Positions 1 to 10,415 of a stretch of 64,000 nt of DNA are shown here, piece by piece. Position numbers and translations under genes: made by a program. The notes under the pieces were generated by a model, which worked only from the letters and a program-made list of their open reading frames with translations, had not been told where the DNA came from and made no database searches. Position 1 is the stretch's first letter. The number at the start of each line of letters is the position of its first letter. Source of the DNA: Selaginella moellendorffii (lineage: Eukaryota > Plantae > Lycopodiophyta); assembly GCF_000143415.4 (NCBI RefSeq), contig NW_003314261.1, forward strand, positions 3,960,880-4,024,879, in the 5' to 3' direction.

Positions 1-432
1 GTTGATGTGTTAATATCTATATTATAACTTTGTTTATGAGGAGGTTGTGTACTAATAAAAATCATGGTACAACCTATAATATTCTTCTCAACACATCTAA
101 AAGCCAAACTTCATAACGCAAAAGCTAATGAACTTTTTCTAGAGTTATGTCCTTGGCAGTAGTCTAAATTAGAGTATGTGTCTTCGGGTACCCTTTATCC
201 TATGGTGATTTACCATAGGATACCACCACGAAGCGGAACCTAAACCCTCTTTCTGCCACGTGACAAATGCCACATGTCATATGCCACGTGTCCAAAGGAA
301 CGTGGTGTGGAACCCGAGGTTCAAGGCCTTGGGCCACTGAACGAAGGAACGGTGCCAAACTCCCAAGCAACTTCGTAAACACATTGCTCATTATCGTATG
401 GATATGATATAAATATCACAATGAATTGATCA
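1..432. repeat. Patchwork of family-B retroelement fragments
   Basis: 1-55 is an inverted copy of 651-702. 58-131 matches 14512-14585. 189-368 matches LTR-B (2361-2525). 361-433 matches 1748-1822. Confidence 0.7.
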
Positions 433-2342
433 TCAAGTCATATACTTGTCCAACATAAACGTAATACCTCAAGCACGAGATAAAGGTTCATGGACAGGCA
501 TGAACTAAATGACTATTCGAATCCAACTCATCTGCAATAAACTTACCAATACGTCTAGCCAATAGCTTTGAGCATGCCTTGAAGAGGCTAACTATGCATG
601 ATTAACACTTAATTGAAACTAAAGTGAAAACCATGAAATGAACTCATATCGGTACACAACCTCCTCATAGACTAAATTATAGTACAAGTACCAACATCTC
701 AACCTCAAACAATTAAGTTGGACATCACTATCCTCAGCCAAGGCGCAGGGCTACCAAGACTAAGTTAAGATCAATGAGAGCTCACTACTCTCATAGAGTT
801 TAATGAAATGCAAGGTGCAACTTGCCACCGAGCATAACGCTACAGAAGAAAGGCACAAGGGTCACCTTTTTTAGAAAAGTGCAACGGCCACTTTTCTACA
901 CCAACTCTAGACTCTATTCAACTCAATTGCATTAGCCCCAAAAGTCAACATCCCTTCTGGGCTTCATCATACAAATTACTTACTAAAGTTTAAGCCAACC
1001 AAAGTCAACTCCAACCCCTTCACTAGTTTGTATTGGCTTATGCAAATGGAATGGTTTTCGAGCAAAGTGACTAATAGATCAGCTATTGGAAAAGTTTAAG
1101 AAAATTCGTGGAAAATTTTCCATCCTAGAGAAAGAATGACTCTCAGTCCAAGAATACAAACTTTCAAGACTCAACCAACTTCCTCCTACCTACAACTTCA
1201 CATAAGTTCACTTCAACACCAATTCTCATGACCCATAGTATGCTTAAGCTTCAAACATCTTTGCCCATACTTTCGACATCCAACATCGACATCCGCAAAA
1301 ATGCAAAATGAATATCCAAAGCTTGATCACGAAGACCACATCTTCGGATATCCACATTTGCACTAACACTCTTCTTCAACCACCTTCAAGATCCAATGTG
1401 AAGCCAAAACACTAACAAGAAAAATGACATAGAAATCAAGCTTTAAGGAAAAAATTCCTCATCAGCCACTTCCACTAACACAAGTGCTAGCAATGTCAAT
1501 GCCTCAACTACACACCTTCTCCATCCAACAATCTACTCCAAGTGCTAACAAATCAACCGATGAGCTATAGCAAATGAATGCTACAACCTTTTTCCAACAC
1601 CTTATGAGCAAACTTTAAAAAACAAGGTACCAATTTAAGCTTAGCATAATGGACCACCATTGAGAATCTAGTCAAAGCTATTACAATACTACTATATGTA
1701 AGTAGACTAGCTTCTCCATCAACTACTTTGGTGTTGATCATCATTTACCCAAGCAACTTCATAAACACATTGCTCATTATCGTATGGATATGATATAAAT
1801 ATCACAATGAATTGATCATCAATTGAGCAATAGCATAAGCAACACCCATGTCATTATTTCAAAGGTTTTTGTGAATATCAAGTGCTAACTCAATTCGACA
1901 AAATGCAACATAAATGCCACACTCCATCAATAGAGATTTACAACATCTAACACCACTAACTTTTGTTCACAACACGGATAAACTCATGCTACTCTTTTTC
2001 TGACCAAACTCAACACTAATCCAACACCAAGCTACTCAAGAAGCAATAGCAAGGTTCCTAGAAAAGAATTGAGCATTGTAACCCAAGTCTTCCAATAGTA
2101 AACTTAGACAAAATGGTATAGCACTTCACTGCTATCCATCCCACAACTCACCACTTGCAAGACAATCATTTCCAACATGTATCAAGATAGAGACCCTTGA
2201 TTACATACTGTCAACACGAGCAATGAGTTAACACCTCATTGCAAATAGTATCTTGAAGAGAAAATGATTTACGTGTTTGATCCTTCGTCCCTGACGACTC
2301 TCTTTTCGGTCTCATCTTTGACTAAACCTCAAGCTTGCTTTC
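433..2342 (-). mobile_element. Internal region of an older family-B LTR element (truncated, non-coding)
   Basis: Colinear with 15525-17358. Breaks exactly where LTR-B (TGTAGCGC) begins at 2343, so a second B copy inserted here. Confidence 0.8.
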
Positions 2343-3735
2343 TGTAGCGCATGTGGTTTTTACCCTTTATCCTATGGTGATTTACCATAGGATAACACCA
2401 CGAAGTGGAACCTAACCCTCTTTGTGCCACGTGGCAGATGCCACGTGTCCATAGAATAGTGGTGTGGAACCCGAGGTTCAGGGCCTTGGGCCACTAAACG
2501 AAAGAACGGTGCCAAACTCCCAAGCATGAAGCCAAGGAGTGATGGAACCGAACCACAGAGCAACTCCCGAGCAAACAGCCCAAAGAGCGAAGGGACAGGA
2601 GCCCGAAGCGACTTAGAACAGTCCTGGAGCAACCAGCATCCCAATGCCAGGACTAGCATGCAAAACGGAGCCAAACGAAGTCTGGCGCTATTTCAGCATA
2701 CTAGTGGCCTAACGTGAGGATATGGGTACTCCATTAGCTAGCATGGAATGGAACTTGGGCTTAGACCCAAGTTGGACGCAGAACAAGGACAAGCACGCAA
2801 GCGGGAGCCAGACTATGCCTCAGGTTGGTCAGCCATGCTTGACCTACCCACTATCCCTACTATACATTTGGAACCCCCCATAGCCCCCTTGTAAGCGACT
2901 AATTTTTCCATTTTACTTTAGCCACTTAACCACACCTTCGACCACTTGGAGGAGTCTCACTCACAACCTCCATAAGTCCTATTTCGGACTTTGGGCTTGC
3001 TAGCCCCGAGAATGGCATCCCCGCCACTCAACCTTTGCACTTGGTCCAAGTGCTCCACGTGTCCAATCCCAAGACCGACACCCAAGGGTACCATTGACAC
3101 ATCGGCCCGTTACACTAAGACCATGCCCATTCACCTTTGCCACACTGGTGGTCCAATACCACATGCATCACGATCCTGTCTCTCCAAAACTAGGCTAACC
3201 ATCCATGAGTGGTCATCACAGATCCATTCTTTAGCATCCTTCAAATGCCCACCGACAAGGAGAGCAGCCTTCCCCAATATCCCTCTTTCAGTCCCAACCA
3301 AGTCCCGTCCTACCCATGGCCGTGTTCACCCACACTGCCACTGGGTCAAGGCTCACAGGCCCGACCACTAAGTCTCAATGCCCTCTGGGACGTCCTTACC
3401 ATGTGACTATGTCCTTAGTCACTATGCCAGAGGTCTGCTCCTCTTCCTTTCCACAGTCTGGGACTTTGGGGCAACATTTCGGAACACCATGGCCTTACGC
3501 GAGCCACTTGGGTACTCTCCCTGCCTTCTACCCTTAGGTGCTCTAGCCATGGGCTTAGAGCGAGGTTTCGTTGAGCCACACCTGGTATCCAAGTAGGTAG
3601 TGCCACCCACACTTGGACTGGGAGCATCGGCCAATCAATCTCCCGGGGGAACTAAAGCCGGCTCTTGAACACTTCACCAAGCTACCCTACTTGTCGGTCC
3701 ATGTTCACTCTAGTCTTGGACTTCCCAGTGGGCAG

Positions 3736-4889
3736 TGTAAGGAACCGACTCCCGGAGATGTCGTAGGCTAAAGGATCCCCAAAAGCTTGACCGAAATGAC
3801 AAAGAGTTCATCGGATGGGACCAAGTCGAGGATCAAGTCCAAGACCGACTCTAGGACCGAGTTCGAGATAGAGTCCGGAATCGAGTCCGAGACCGACTCG
3901 GGAACCAAGTTCGAGTCCGAGTTCGAGACCGAGTTCGAGACGGAGTCCGAGATCCGAAATCGGGTCCGAGACCGAGTCCGAGGTCGAGTCCGAGGTCGGG
4001 TCCGAGATCGGGTCCGAGATCGAGTCCGAAATCGAGTCCGAGACCGAATCCGAAGTCGGATCCGAAATCGGGTCCGAGATCGAGCCAGAGACTAAGTCCA
4101 AATACTAATACGGGTCAAGGGGTGAAAGCCCAAAGCGTGCGTCTCCCAGGGGGGGGGGGGGGGGGGCTGCAGGGGGTTCCAAAAGTATAGTAGGGATAGT
4201 GAGGTCCAGGAACCAGTTTTGAAGGGACTCTCCAGTTGGGCTTCCAAACCGACTTGAGGTTGAGACTGGGACCGAGGGGCCTTGGGTAGGAGTGAGCATG
4301 GACTTGGCTGGTGCCGGAGGGGCCATCCAAGGAAGTGCTCAAGAGCAGCTCCCACTCCCGAAAGGGAAACCAACTGCGGTGCTCCCGGCTCAGGTGGAGT
4401 GGTGCCCCACTTGAGTACCTTGTGGCTCATTGGTCCTCGCCCTTCCGGGGGCTTGGGCCTTCCCTTCGGGATGGAAAAGGGGGGTAGAGGTACCCATACC
4501 GGGCCATTAGGCCACGGTGTTTCGCCCCGACGTCCCGAAGCAAGTGCTGCACCCAAGGCTTGGGATTTAGAGGGTCCCATGATCAAGTCTTGTGGTACCA
4601 AGGGGTGTTAGGAATCTGGAGGCTTGGTGTGCTTGGCTGCTTGTGCCTGCGGGGAGTGTAGCCGAACCTTAAGTCCAGTCTAACCCGGGGAGGGGGATTG
4701 GGAGAGATTTGGGAATCCGTAGATGGATGGCTAACACTCCGTTGCTCGTGCAGTAAGTAGCTGAAACCAAGTAGGAGCTGGTACCATAGGCGAGAACCTT
4801 GGTGAGGGAACTTAGCACGAGCCAAGGCAGAGTTGGTCGGATAGGCGAGGTAAGCTGGCAAATTGGAAAGGAAAAATTTGTGGCTTACA
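3736..4889 (+). repeat. 5' LTR of A1
   Basis: TGTAAG...CTTACA termini; direct repeat of 10416-11561. Confidence 0.95.
3820..4095 (+). repeat. Degenerate hexamer array (GAGTCC/GAGACC/GAGATC/GAGTTC)n in LTR-A; also ~21695-21895 and ~28008-28270
   Basis: Visible 6-bp periodicity; copy number differs between LTRs. Confidence 0.9.
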
Positions 4890-4892
4890 ATT

Positions 4893-4904
4893 TGGTATCG
4901 GAGC
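4893..4904 (+). promoter_or_regulatory. Primer-binding site, tRNA-iMet type (TGGTATCGGAGC); equivalent in A2 at 22693-22704
   Basis: Lies 3 nt after the LTR end; one difference from the canonical TGGTATCAGAGC. Confidence 0.9.
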
Positions 4905-4948
4905 CTCTTCCTCAGTTCTAGCGAAGGATAGAGGCGGATTGTTGGGAG

Positions 4949-5317
4949 ATGGCAAGGGCAGGACGTAAGCGAACCCAGGCAGAGACGGAACCTCCTCCAG
5001 AGCTGGAGCCTCCGGTCGAACAGGAGGCGATGGATGAGGAATCCTTGCATGAGGAGGACTCCAGTGAGGCAACTTCCAAACAGAAGTCTGGTGGTGAGGT
5101 TCGGTCATCCAAGGCTCGATTGGATGTTCTAGAAGGACAATTGGCACAAACCAATGCCCTGCTAGAGACTCTCGTACGCAAGCTAAAGCGTGACGAGAAG
5201 CGGAAGAAAAAGCGAAAGACTGCTGATGCTGGCAGCACAGAATGTGCGGACCCTTCGGCAGGGACTGAGGCAAAACCAGACAAGGTCAAACAGACCGAAG
5301 TGGAATCAGTCCCTTAG
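4949..5317 (+). CDS. N-terminal Gag ORF of A1 (122 aa; acidic stretch, coiled coil, KRKKKRK basic patch), ending in an in-frame TAG
   Basis: First ATG after the PBS. The frame continues past the TAG into the capsid-like PPVFKG...DWFYDMEDYF. Conserved in A2. Confidence 0.75.
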   Translation: MARAGRKRTQAETEPPPELEPPVEQEAMDEESLHEEDSSEATSKQKSGGEVRSSKARLDVLEGQLAQTNALLETLVRKLKRDEKRKKKRKTADAGSTECADPSAGTEAKPDKVKQTEVESVP

Positions 5318-8278
5318 GCAGTTCCCAAGTACAAACCAAAGCCCCCACCGGTCTTCAAGGGAGTGAACGACTATAAGGTGGTGGAGGATTGGTTTTACGA
5401 TATGGAGGACTACTTCTGAGTGTTGCGATTACCAAGCTCGGAGAAGGTCCCATGTGCAAAACCATACTTGGCAGATAATGCCAAGTCTTGGTGGAGAATG
5501 ACAGAGGCCAACGAAGGACCGGTGGCCACTTGGGAAATGATGAAGGCGAGGATCCGCGCAACTTACGTTCCTCCGAATGCTACTCTGCATCTAAGGGACG
5601 AGCTGAGTAGGATGAAGCAGACCGGAACCATTCAGGAGTATGTGAATGGGTTTATGGCAAAGAGGATACTTGTCACGGACATGGGGGATATGGATGCGTT
5701 CCATGCCTTCATATCAGGTTTGCAAATCTGGGCTCGCGGCGAAGTAATGCGGTGGAACCCGACCAACTACAAAGAAGCGTTGGATGTGGCCATCAAGGTG
5801 CATTTCAACGATAACCTGCGAAAGGGGAACACGACGGGGTCGGGATCCACGTTTAGCAAAGGGGCCAAACCAAGGGGAACGTTTAGCAGAGGGAAATTCA
5901 AGAAGAGTTTCTCTAAGAATGAGTCCTCGGGGTTCCGGAAAGGCAAATCCGGTGGCCAGCGAGCGAGTACGTGGGGGAGTCAGGCGAAAAGAGACAAACC
6001 CACGGATAAGGAAGTCAAGTCATATAGCAGCGTGGGAAACAACGTATGCTACAATTGCGGTGAAGCGGGACACTTCTCGAGGGAATGTCCCTACCCGAAG
6101 AAGGCCAGAGCCAATATGGCCATCAAGTCGTGTGAAGTCCAAACTGAGGTATGTGATCCAGTCCCTAACTCAAAGTTACTCATTACACGAGCAACTTTGG
6201 TAGAGAGTCGTTCGCGACATCTACTAGCCCTCCGAGGGAAGCTCGGAGGTAGCTTTGTTAAAATCCTTATTGACACGGGTGCTTCGGATAATTTTGTGGC
6301 TGCAGACATAGTCCGGCGAGCCGGACTAACGGTGCAGCAGCTAGGCGAACCAAGGACTATAGAGTTTGTTCAAGGTAGCCAAAGCACCGATGAGGTACTT
6401 CGACAAGCGAGAGTCGAAGTGGGGACTTGGAAGGTGGACATGGACTTCACCGTGTTGGACATGGCGGGATTTGACGTGATCTTCGGAATGGACTGGTTCA
6501 ATCGATTCGTCGTAGCCCTGCATGGACAAGGTAGAAACCTTGTGGTACTGGCGAATGCCCAAGGAAGAAGATCTAGGGTGGAGGCCCAAGATTTAAAGGT
6601 AGGGCAAAGCAAGGCCAAAGATTCCTGCTTAAATCTGGTGTCCACGAGAGGACAACTCACTAAAGGAACTAAGGCGGCATTTTTGTGCTTACTCTCGGTG
6701 GAGAGTGACAAAAAGACAGGAATGGAAGAAGTACCTTTAGTGATCCAACGGGTGTTGGACCAATTCCAGGATACCATGCCGGAGGAGCTACCGGTGGGGC
6801 TACCCCCAGCACGACCGATAGAACATAAGATTGAGCTGGTCGAGGGTGCTGAGGCAGTGGTTCGTCCCCCTTATCATTTGAACGAAAAAGAACTCAAGGA
6901 GCTCAAGTGCCAACTAGAGGAGTTGGTGGACAAAGGGTATGTTAGGTTTAGCAAGTCGCCGTATGGGGCGCCGGTGTTATTTGTGAAAAAGAAAGATGGA
7001 TCTATGCGCATGTGCATAGACTACCGGTTGCTCAACAAGTATACAAAGAAGAACAAGTACCCTTTGCCAAGGATTGAGGACCTGTTCGATAGGTTGGGAA
7101 AGGCAAAATACTTCTCGAGGATTGACCTAAGGTCAGGATACTACCAGATCAGGGTAGCCGAGGAAGATGTCGAGAAGACAACCTGTCAAACGAGGTATGG
7201 GAGCTTTGAGTTTCTGGTGATGCCCTTCGGGCTATGTAATGCGCCGGCAACGTTTTCGGCGCTAATGAACCACGTCTTTGTACCCTATCTGGATCACTTC
7301 GTGGTCGTCTATATCGACGACATCCTGATCTATAGCGAGACGCTAGAGGAGCATGCCGAACACTTGGCGAAGGTGTTTGAGAAACTAAGGGAACACAAGC
7401 TGTATGCTAAAGAGAGCAAATGTGACTTTGCTCAACAAGAGGTAAAGTTTCTCGGGCATGTGGTGGGCCAGGACGGGCTCAAGGTGGACTCGGAGAAGGT
7501 CCAAGCGATCCAGGAATGGGAGCGACCATCAATTGTACACGAGTTGAGGGCATTCCTGGGGCTATGCAACTACTATCGAAAGTTTATCAGACACTATTCG
7601 AGAGTAGCCCTGCCCTTAATGGACCAAACAGGAAAAGGGAAGATGGTGTGGACAGCGGAATGCAAGGCGGCATTCGTCCACCTCAAAGGGAAGTTGAGGA
7701 AAGCTCCCGTATTGGCATTACCAGACTTTGGTAAGGACTTTGAGGTAGAAACGGATGCTTCGGACTTTGCGTTGGGCGCAGTTTTGAAGCAAGACAACCA
7801 TCCGGTAGCGTTCTTCTCGAAGAAGCTGGACAAGGCTCAACGGAAGTGGCCTGCCCACGAGAAGGAATTGTTTGCGGTGGTCAAGGCGCTCAAGGAGTGG
7901 CGACACTACCTTGGGAGACACTTCAAGGTTTACACGGACAATGTGGCAACGAAACACTTCTTGTCACAGCCCGACCTAAGAGGGAAACAAGGTCGGTGGG
8001 CCAATGCCTTGTCCGAGTTTGATTGCGAAATTCTGTACAAGCCTGGGAAGAGCAACATCGTGGCGGATGCGCTAAGTCGAAAAGCGAGCTTGAGGTTGGC
8101 AATATCCAGCGCAATAGCAACCTTCTAGGACGATGTGCGGACAGCATATGAGAACAATGGTCTAGCACAAGAAGTGTTGCTGAGGAATCTAGAGGAGCGG
8201 GAAGCTCACCAGAGAGGTGAGCTGCCAACGGAAGAGAAAACTGGCTATGCGGAACGCAACGGACTCATTTATTACAAA

Positions 8279-8564
8279 TGCTTTATTTCGTTAAAGTGGG
8301 ACTTTTCATTATCCCACTTATGGTGTGTGGCCACATGCCATTTTTATAACAACAATAAAAAATTAAAGTTTTAACTTTATAATTTATAAATTAAAAACTT
8401 TTCATATGATTTTGTGTTATAATATTGTGAAATATAAAAAAATAAATTAAAAAACTGATAGAAATATTAATAAATATTAATTAAGTACTAGGAAATGGCA
8501 TGTGGACACATGCTAATTAATGTCCCACTTTACTGAATAAGTCCCACTTTAACGAAATAAAGCA
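8279..8564. mobile_element. 286-bp MITE (copy 1) inserted in A1 pol
   Basis: TIRs TGCTTTATTTCGTTAAAGTGGGACTT. Flanking duplication TACAAA (8273-8278, 8565-8570). Absent from A2 at ~26073-26080. Confidence 0.95.
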
Positions 8565-9114
8565 TACAAACAAACGAGGGTGTATGTTCCAGAAGGGGAA
8601 CTAAGGAAGGTAGCCCTACAAGAGTGTCATGATGGACCTCTTGTGGGACACGGCAGAGTGCCCAAGACGATGGGCTTACTCAAAAGGAAGTACCATTGGC
8701 TAGATATGGCTAAGGACGTCCAAGACTATGTAAAGACATGTCCAACATGTCAGCAGGTAAAAGCCGTGACTAAGGCTAGTGGGGGCTTGTTGCAAAGAAT
8801 CCCAATTCCAGATCGCCCGTGGAAATGTCTTACGATGGACTTCATCACGGGACTCCCCCCAAGCGAGGGGTTTGATGCGATATTCGTGGTGGTGGACCGA
8901 TTTTCGAAAATGGCACATTTCATACCCACCACAACAGAAGTGGATGCGGAAGGTGTGGCGAAGCTGTTCTTTGAGCAAGTGGTTCGAGTGCGGGGAAGAC
9001 CAGAAGAGATCATCTCAGATCGAGATAAGATCTTCACCAGTAGGTTCTGGAGGACTCTCCTCGAACAGTATCGCACCAAGTTGAAATTCAGCACAGCCTA
9101 TCACCCACAGACAG

Positions 9115-9160
9115 GTATGGGGTATTAAGTCAAGTTGTTGGCACTAACACTTCTTGACAG
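9115..9160 (+). other. Spliceosomal intron 1 in A1 integrase (46 nt)
   Basis: AG|GTATGG...CACTAAC...TTCTTGACAG|AC. Removal restores [24 protein letters not shown]. Confidence 0.93.
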
Positions 9161-9578
9161 ACGGACAAACGGAAAGGGTGAATAGGCAGCTGGAGGATTA
9201 TTTGCGATGCTATGTCTCGGGAGACCAGACCGATTGGGTAAGTCATTTGGGACTTGCGGAAATGTGTTATAACAACTCACCGCATTCGAGTATCGGGGTG
9301 AGTCCATGGGAAGTCATCAATGGGCGAGCTATTGAAGGTCCTGTGGAACTCGGCGTGGCCGAGTATCATGGAGAGTTGCCCGCAGTGGAGGCATTCACGG
9401 CGGAAAGACTCAGCATTTGGAATCTAGTGAGGGATTCCTTGGAACGGGCTCAACAAAGGCAAACCAAATACGCGAACCAGAAGCGTCGGGATGTAGAGTT
9501 CCAAGCTGGGGAGAAGGTGTGGCTGAACACCAAGAACCTCAGACTACCAAGTGGGATCAGCCGAAAGTTGACCCAAAG

Positions 9579-9630
9579 GTAAAGATGCATGTATTCCTGT
9601 AAATGAATTGATCTTGAGTTCCTTAAGCAG
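9579..9630 (+). other. Spliceosomal intron 2 in A1 integrase (52 nt)
   Basis: AAG|GTAAAG...TTCCTTAAGCAG|G. Removal restores KLTQ-R-FAGPYEIEARIGKVAYRLRLP. Confidence 0.93.
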
Positions 9631-10401
9631 GTTCGCGGGGCCTTACGAGATTGAGGCACGAATCGGTAAAGTGGCTTACCGACTCCGACTTCCTCGAGAG
9701 ATGGGGAAGATGCACCCAGTGTTCCACGTGAACTTACTCAAGCCGTACTTTGAGGATCCGCTTCGCAAGGACCAAGTGAGACCTTTGCCTGAGGTTATCC
9801 AAGGGGAAGAGGAATACGAAGTCGAGGCCATCCTCAATGCACGCAAGAGCAAGCGACAAGGACGCGAGGTGAGAGAGTTCCATGTGAAGTGGAGAGGATT
9901 TCCACACTGCGAAGCAACATGGGAACCGGAGGAGAACCTAGCGAACGCTCGAGATCCAGTGGAGGAATTTCTGCAAGGCAGAACTCTATGTACTTATGCA
10001 AAATTCAATTAAAAATATCAATTTGCAAAGTTGAGCAAGTGGCATATGTTGGGACCCGAAGGCGCGCCAAAGGTAAGCCAATTAGCATGGGTTAGCTAGG
10101 TCGACTAGGTGTAGGGCACTACGCTCGACTCCCCGTGGGGATGTCGAATCCGTAGACGTATTCTACGGAGGTTGGGTTCGAGTCCCAACCCCCTAGTAAA
10201 GCAAGGCTGGGTTCAAGTCCCGACCCCATACTAGGGCGTGGTGAGATGAGGAGTATAGGGACACCTATATTCCGTTGTCATGGGCTCTTGGCCGGGGAGG
10301 CTAACTTAGGCACACCGCTAAGTGGGGGGATGCCCCCGGAGACATGGTCAACAAGTCGTAGGATAAAACGAGACGTTCGATGTGGGCATCGAACTTCTTC
10401 T

Positions 10402-10415
10402 ATGGGTGGTGGAGT
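10402..10415 (+). promoter_or_regulatory. Polypurine tract of A1 (ATGGGTGGTGGAGT); also 27911-27924 in A2 and 21460-21472 in C
   Basis: Immediately precedes the 3' LTR TG. Confidence 0.85.

Larger units (their letters stand above)
5318..10012 (+). pseudogene. gag-pol of A1 (CCHC knuckle, protease LIDTGAS, RT YIDD, RNase H, integrase HHCC/DDE/GPY, chromodomain)
   Basis: Motifs [56 protein letters not shown]...VKWRGF...TWEP. Disabled by CGA>TGA at 5417, TGG>TAG at 8126 and the MITE at 8279. Confidence 0.95.

Noticed and set aside
3787-4101. Repetitive ORFs (ETES/RVRD/SDSI) here and at 11255-12302, 21645-21906 and 27957-28360
   Set aside because: They are translations of stop-free hexamer arrays inside LTRs, open in several frames, and not genes.
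10170-10225. tRNA gene or SINE
   Set aside because: Only T-arm-like hairpins are present; I see no D arm, anticodon arm, acceptor stem or A-box.
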